IMG/VR virus record: IMGVR_UViG_3300034200_002321
DNA: 20,000 bases
Reading direction: 5' to 3' (one strand)
From: an uncultured virus (IMG/VR IMGVR_UViG_3300034200_002321)
Taxonomy: Duplodnaviria > Heunggongvirae > Uroviricota > Caudoviricetes
Below are positions 15,045-20,000 of the stretch, piece by piece; the stretch's first letter is position 1; each line of letters starts with the position of its first letter. Below the pieces are notes generated by a model that was not told the DNA's origin, did no database searches, and saw only the letters and a program-made list of their open reading frames with translations. A program made the position numbers and the translations under genes.

Positions 15045-15052
15045 CTCAGCGG

Positions 15053-16489
15053 TCACCTCGCGGCCGGTGCATACCCCTTTAATCGAGCGTAGTCCCGAAG
15101 GTGCAGCAGCAAGTCGTCCTGCATCTCGACCTTGTCTGAAATCCGCTGCCAAATGAGCTCGTGGACCGTTCCTTTGGCGCACAGTTTATGGATCCGGACG
15201 GTCGAACCAACGCCCATGCGCCACACACGAGCGTTGAACTGCTGGTAGTACTCGCTGCTGTCCGTCGGTCCAAACCAAACGATGTCCCGGCAGCTGCCCT
15301 TCTGCATGTTCACCCCATGAGCCATCGACATGGGGTGAACAGCCAGCACGTTCGGGCGGAGCGTGTCGCTGTTCCACCGTTCGACAATGTCCGCAGTTTC
15401 ACGGGCCGACACCCCACCGGCAACCCACCGCATCCCGGGGAACGCGCGGCGAAGGCTCTGCAACTCGTGTGTGAAGTGGAAGGCCACCAGCAGTGGCTTG
15501 CGATTCAGCTCTTCGTGCAGATCCACCACCGCGTCTACCATCTCACTGTGCACCTGATGGGCCTGTTTCTGCTCGTCGTAGATATGCCCGCTGGCGATCT
15601 GCCGACAACACATATATTTTGCTGCGGCGTTACTCGCCTCGCGAGGGTCGCCACTCTGCAGCGTAACAAACATTCGTTTTTCCATATCCTCGTACGCAGC
15701 GCGTGCGCTTGGTGGCAGGTCGACGTACACCAGCTTTTCGATCTTTTGCGGCATGCTGAGATAGTCCTGTATGTCCAGCCGCAGGCACATGGGTGCTACT
15801 TCCTGATCGAACCGCCCCTCGTATGCAGGGTGAATGGTCCATCGGTTGTGGTCGCGGTCCCCCTCCGCTGCACAGAACCTCCGGCGAAAAGTTGTCACAT
15901 CTTTTCCAAGAGGACATTGTTCCCCGTTGAGTAGCCACAGCTGAGGGAACAGGTCCACTTTGTTGTTCGGTGTCGGTGTGCCGTTCATGATCACCTTGAA
16001 CGGGATGCTCTGTGCCAGCTTTCGCATCGCGATTGATCGCTGGGCACTCCACGTACGAAAGCTGCCGCTCTCGTCAACCACCAGCAAATCCCACGGAAGC
16101 CTTTCGCGACCAGCAACACTCTTAGCCAGCCAATCCATCGCATCCCTGTTAATTATGTGAATGTTTGCCTGCGTGGCGAGCGCTTTGCGACGGTCGAACA
16201 CATTCCCCACAGCCACGGCGTGCGTCATATGCCGGAAGTTGCTCCAGGTTGCAACCTCGGTTGGCCAAACGTGCCTGCACACGGTTTTCGGCGCCACGAT
16301 CAGGGTGCGTGACGGGAACCCAAACTCTCGCATCTGCCGGATCCACTCCAACACGATGGCCGTCTTGCCCATGCCGGGGTCCAGGAACAGCGCACCGCCG
16401 CCACTACTGTTACCGGAAAGCAGCGTGCGATTGTGCAGGAATTTTATGGCGCTTTGTTGGTACCGGAGAGGCGTCCACTCTTTCATCAT
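15053..16489 (-). CDS. SNF2-like (SF2) DNA helicase
   Basis: LFLDPGMGKT (motif I), LIVAP (Ia), VVDES (II), NGTP (III), HGVNMQ (V), QFNARVWRMG (VI). Confidence 0.93.
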   Translation of the reverse strand: MMKEWTPLRYQQSAIKFLHNRTLLSGNSSGGGALFLDPGMGKTAIVLEWIRQMREFGFPSRTLIVAPKTVCRHVWPTEVATWSNFRHMTHAVAVGNVFDRRKALATQANIHIINRDAMDWLAKSVAGRERLPWDLLVVDESGSFRTWSAQRSIAMRKLAQSIPFKVIMNGTPTPNNKVDLFPQLWLLNGEQCPLGKDVTTFRRRFCAAEGDRDHNRWTIHPAYEGRFDQEVAPMCLRLDIQDYLSMPQKIEKLVYVDLPPSARAAYEDMEKRMFVTLQSGDPREASNAAAKYMCCRQIASGHIYDEQKQAHQVHSEMVDAVVDLHEELNRKPLLVAFHFTHELQSLRRAFPGMRWVAGGVSARETADIVERWNSDTLRPNVLAVHPMSMAHGVNMQKGSCRDIVWFGPTDSSEYYQQFNARVWRMGVGSTVRIHKLCAKGTVHELIWQRISDKVEMQDDLLLHLRDYARLKGYAPAAR

Positions 16490-16781
16490 TATCACTCCAG
16501 AATAGTCTTACAAAAGCAACGGCCTCTTTGCCTGTGTGGCACACGGCGGCACAGTACCCGTTCGCAACCAACCAGCTTATCTTCCGCTGCTGGCAGCTGG
16601 CGACGACGCTGCCTTCTTTCTTTGGCCGTTTCATTTCGATGTACAGCGGGTAGCCAAGACCCGGAATGAGCACCATTCGATCTGGCCACCCCTTGTCCGC
16701 CTTCACCACGAATTTTACGCACTGGATGCCGCGAACCTTACACCACCGACGGAGGTATCTTTCGTGCGCACTTTCTCTCAC
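16410..16781 (-). CDS. VRR-NUC domain (PD-(D/E)XK) nuclease
   Basis: GWPDR...YIEMKRP...QQ motif; typical position between polA and the SNF2 helicase. Confidence 0.88.
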   Translation of the reverse strand: MRESAHERYLRRWCKVRGIQCVKFVVKADKGWPDRMVLIPGLGYPLYIEMKRPKKEGSVVASCQQRKISWLVANGYCAAVCHTGKEAVAFVRLFWSDNDERVDASPVPTKRHKIPAQSHAAFR

Positions 16782-18904
16782 TTCCCGTACCTCCGCATCG
16801 CCTTCGTCTCACAGGCCACCTGCAGGCCTGCCGCCCAGCCTGGCGTCTCGCACATCAGCTGATCAAACCTGTCGACAGGCAGTGGCGAGTCAGACACCAC
16901 CTCATCGTGGACGCTGAGGACGACAGGGTACCCCGCGTTTTCAACTCGCTGGATCGCCTGCTTCAACAGGTCACAGGCCACAGCCTGCGTGATGTTTTCC
17001 GCAATCGTGCCGCCCCATGTCGACTGGACAGCCCATTTGTGAGTAACAGAGTCTTCGGCCCAGTAGTAGCACTCATACCCCGCCCCCCGCCCTCCCCTTC
17101 TCGGCACCTCTTCGACACCAGCACGCTGATACCACAGTAGCCGACCGCTGGGCAGCTGAATGACAAGGGCTTTCCTCTGTTCGTCGTAGAAGAATACACA
17201 CTTCCCGGCGTGCACTGCTGTCTTCTTGACCACAGAGCGAACCCATGCCGCTTCGTACACTCTCCACAGTGCCGGGATCTCTTTATACGTCGTGCGGTAC
17301 AGGTCGACGATAGCTTTGCTTCTATCGTCCTCCAGCTTCCAGTTGTATGGCGGCAACGCTGCTGTTGCCTGAAACTTACTGGGCTGGCCATTCCGGGCAG
17401 TGCCGCCCATCCCGTATTGGAGTGCCAGCACGGCAACTTTACCTAGTTGTCGCTCAGGGGCCGACTTTGCAATTGAGTCTTCGGCGACCCCAAAAATCCT
17501 AGCCGCAAACTGCCGGTACGGACAACGTTTCTCCATGAACGCGCGCTGCATCATCTCGCAATCCGCAAGCCAAGCGACAGCCCTTGCCTCAATAGCATTA
17601 AAGTCGCTGACGAGCAGCATGTTGCCGGGTGACGGAAGCAGCAGTGTCCGGATCGCATTGCTGATTCGCTGCAGCGGTTTTCCAGGCAAACGCTCCCCCC
17701 GTCGCAGAGTCTCGTGCAGCTTCTCTGCTTCCTCCTCTTTTGGCACGTCCCTGGGCAGGTTGTGCGGCTGCCACCCTCGGCCAGCCCATCGACCTGTGCT
17801 GGCGCCGTGCCATAGCATAGAGTGCCGCAGCCTCTCATCGTCGTCCAGTAGAGAGATCATCATCGGGACCTTGGCCAAACTGGTCAGACCGGCATCTTTC
17901 TTGATCTCCAGCAGCTCTCTGACGTGCGTCATGTGCGCAGGCACACCTGATTCGCTCAGCAGCTGCTGCACACTGGCTTTGTCGAGACTGGCTGTGGAGA
18001 CCCCCTGCATGTACAGCCACTCAACCATCCGATCTCGACTGGTAACCTTAGGGACGAAGCCGTGGGGGTATGCTGGGCTTGCGGTGATCTGACTGAGTCG
18101 CACGTTAGCGGCCGCCATCTCTCGCTCAACAGTTTCGTTGAACAGCAGCAACTCTGCGATGTCCACACGCAACCCTCTTTCGTTTATTTTGAAATCCAGC
18201 TCGAAGTCGGCCTGCATGTCGGCTGGCAAAGGACCCGCTTTGAGCAGGAATTCGGTCTGCGTAGCCACGTCCTGCCTGCAGTACTCCCACACCCGGCTCA
18301 GCCGAGGGTAGTCTTCCCACCACTGAAGCGGCATCGGCGTGTTCCCGTGCTCCGCGGCCCAAGCGGCCTGTGCTTTCGCACTGGGCTTCCTCGGCTGTGC
18401 GCACTGGTGCATCACGCGATTACCCACCATGTCTTTTTCGTTTTTCAGACCAGCAGCAATCGCCAGTTTCTCCAAACTGCGAGGCCAGCATTGCCAGCAC
18501 GCGATTGCCATGGTGCACCTCCAGAGGTGGTCTGGGATCTCAGGCCAACCCAACCGCCGCACGCAATGCCACTTCCAGACATTGCGGTCAAACACTGCGT
18601 TATGTGCGTACACAGGAAGGCCCTGCTGCAGGGCCCACACGACTGGCGGGGGGCACTCGTCTCCCGGCATGAACACAGCCGAGGGTGTCTCCACCATGCC
18701 GCCCTGCCGCGGAGGGATCGTGCCTCCGCCTGGGATGTAGGTGACGGCCTCCCCAACACTACCGGGATGGTCCGTGAGCACCATCTGCAGCCCGACGCAG
18801 AGCACCCCCGTGCTCTGCGATTGTGCATACCTGCGGTATGAGCTTTCTTTCAGGGTATGTGCCGACCTAGTCTCCAAGTCGAGCATCAGAAATCCGCGGG
18901 TCAT
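16778..18904 (-). CDS. polA: Phage family A DNA polymerase with 3'-5' exonuclease
   Basis: ExoI DLET, ExoII HNAVFD, ExoIII YCRQD, TGRW, motif A SDFNAIEAR, motif B RQLGKVAVLALQYG, motif C VHDE; start set at ATG 18904 (GAGG RBS). Confidence 0.95.
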   Translation of the reverse strand: MTRGFLMLDLETRSAHTLKESSYRRYAQSQSTGVLCVGLQMVLTDHPGSVGEAVTYIPGGGTIPPRQGGMVETPSAVFMPGDECPPPVVWALQQGLPVYAHNAVFDRNVWKWHCVRRLGWPEIPDHLWRCTMAIACWQCWPRSLEKLAIAAGLKNEKDMVGNRVMHQCAQPRKPSAKAQAAWAAEHGNTPMPLQWWEDYPRLSRVWEYCRQDVATQTEFLLKAGPLPADMQADFELDFKINERGLRVDIAELLLFNETVEREMAAANVRLSQITASPAYPHGFVPKVTSRDRMVEWLYMQGVSTASLDKASVQQLLSESGVPAHMTHVRELLEIKKDAGLTSLAKVPMMISLLDDDERLRHSMLWHGASTGRWAGRGWQPHNLPRDVPKEEEAEKLHETLRRGERLPGKPLQRISNAIRTLLLPSPGNMLLVSDFNAIEARAVAWLADCEMMQRAFMEKRCPYRQFAARIFGVAEDSIAKSAPERQLGKVAVLALQYGMGGTARNGQPSKFQATAALPPYNWKLEDDRSKAIVDLYRTTYKEIPALWRVYEAAWVRSVVKKTAVHAGKCVFFYDEQRKALVIQLPSGRLLWYQRAGVEEVPRRGGRGAGYECYYWAEDSVTHKWAVQSTWGGTIAENITQAVACDLLKQAIQRVENAGYPVVLSVHDEVVSDSPLPVDRFDQLMCETPGWAAGLQVACETKAMRRYGK

Positions 18905-19115
18905 GGGCTGCCTCAATTGCGCGTGCGAACAAAACATCCGTCCACGGTCGCACACCTCTCTCAAGCCGTGACAGGTACGACACTGACAGCCCAAGAGAAT
19001 CCGCCAGATGCTTCAGCCGCACACCGTTTTTCAGTCGGGCTTCTCTCACGAGCCTCCCACACGCCACGTGGTCCAGCAACTGGACCACGTGGGTTGGGGC
19101 CACCGGGCTGGACAT
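18867..19115 (-). CDS. XRE/Cro-like helix-turn-helix protein
   Basis: VREARLKNGVRLKHLADSLGLSVSYLSRLERG; ATG overlaps the SSB stop codon. Confidence 0.85.
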   Translation of the reverse strand: MSSPVAPTHVVQLLDHVACGRLVREARLKNGVRLKHLADSLGLSVSYLSRLERGVRPWTDVLFARAIEAAHDPRISDARLGD

Positions 19116-20000
19116 CAGAACACCGGCATGGACTGGCCGGCAAACACCTGTGCGTCGAGGTATTGTTCCGGCGTAGCCAAGTTAAACTCTGACGCTGGGA
19201 TGTTTTGGAAATCCTCAACACCCGTGCCACTGCCACCCAGCCGAACGCTGTCTGCAACCTTCAACACACCGTTCAGGGCCCAGTAGATGCCTTTGCCGCC
19301 CGTTTGGTTGTCGTACGGAAGAGCTGTAACACTGACGTACACGATCGCCCCGGCGTACATGTCGTCAGCATTGGCCTCGATCCTGTTTTGCCCTACATAG
19401 CACTTCGGGCGGCTGTCGCTCTTTGTGCGGAGGAACCACCCGTCGTTGCCTGTCTCTGCAACAAACGCTCCGTTTCGCACGCTGCTGAGTGGCATTATTG
19501 GCGGGTTCTTGCCGTTGGGCCAATTGACTCGCCAAACAGCTTGTGAAACCCGGCCAATCACCTCCTGTACTTTTTGCGTGATTTCTGCATACTTCGGATT
19601 GCTCTTGTACACATACAAATCACACGAGTACTTCGGCTTGTTCTGGGTCCCCGGTGCAGCCGCTGGCTCGTGCAAATGCGGGTAGCTGAGTACGACAGGG
19701 CCGATCAGCACTCGCAAGCCTTTGGATGGATCTTCCTGCGTCGCGACGGGTTTAACCGCTTGGACCGGCATCTGAGGACTCAGCGTTGCTGCCGGTGTCC
19801 AGATCTGGGGCTGCTGCGGAGCACCGGGTTGTGCCTGAGGCATGCCGGGGAACTGCTGCGGAGCACCAGGGAACTGCTGCGGAGCACCGGGTTGTGCCTG
19901 AGGCATGCCGGGGAACTGCTGCGGAGCACCAGGGAACTGCTGCGGAGCACCGGGTTGTGCCTGAGGCATGCCGGGGAACTGCTGCGGAGCACCAGGGAAC
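19115..20000 (-). CDS. ssDNA-binding protein, DUF2815 type, with a long N-terminal Pro/Gln/Gly repeat; start lies outside the window
   Basis: VLSYPHLHEP...KPKYS, MYAG...V...YD...GKGI...LNGVLK..D..RLGG...EDF; upstream of polA. Confidence 0.85.
   Translation of the reverse strand, partial: FPGAPQQFPGMPQAQPGAPQQFPGAPQQFPGMPQAQPGAPQQFPGAPQQFPGMPQAQPGAPQQPQIWTPAATLSPQMPVQAVKPVATQEDPSKGLRVLIGPVVLSYPHLHEPAAAPGTQNKPKYSCDLYVYKSNPKYAEITQKVQEVIGRVSQAVWRVNWPNGKNPPIMPLSSVRNGAFVAETGNDGWFLRTKSDSRPKCYVGQNRIEANADDMYAGAIVYVSVTALPYDNQTGGKGIYWALNGVLKVADSVRLGGSGTGVEDFQNIPASEFNLATPEQYLDAQVFAGQSMPVF
19811..20000. repeat. 63-bp tandem repeat made of three 21-bp subunits, encoding PGAPQQF-PGAPQQF-PGMPQAQ
   Basis: CATGCCGGGG recurs at 19841, 19904 and 19967. 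Confidence 0.97.

Noticed and set aside
18905..18994. Cys-rich N-terminal extension of PolA (MGCQCRTCHG...)
   Set aside because: Overlaps the HTH gene in another frame; ATG 18904 has an RBS and lies just before the ExoI motif

Overview
This window looks like part of a dsDNA tailed bacteriophage or prophage genome; no structural, lysis or integrase genes are visible. Bases 1-129 hold the start of a leftward gene, and about 130-615 is a divergent, repeat- and hairpin-rich control region. From about 616 to 15044 there is a rightward block of about 35 small 'early/accessory' genes. Most are hypothetical, but it includes a TraR/DksA-like zinc finger, a GNAT acetyltransferase, a Cys-rich GP88/DUF7227-like protein and a divergent CsrA-like protein. 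From 15053 to beyond 20000 is a convergent leftward replication module: DUF2815-type SSB with a long Pro/Gln repeat, XRE HTH, family A DNA polymerase, VRR-NUC nuclease and SNF2-like helicase. The most striking unexplained structure is a 17-bp box (consensus GCAG-RKG-NNG-SYGACTG) that I find in 10 copies in the first 9.6 kb. Every copy is intergenic and points in the direction of the downstream gene. Most are followed by a sequence-variable but structure-conserved hairpin, a U-rich tract and a TTGGAG ribosome-binding site. All calls were made by eye, with no database searches.
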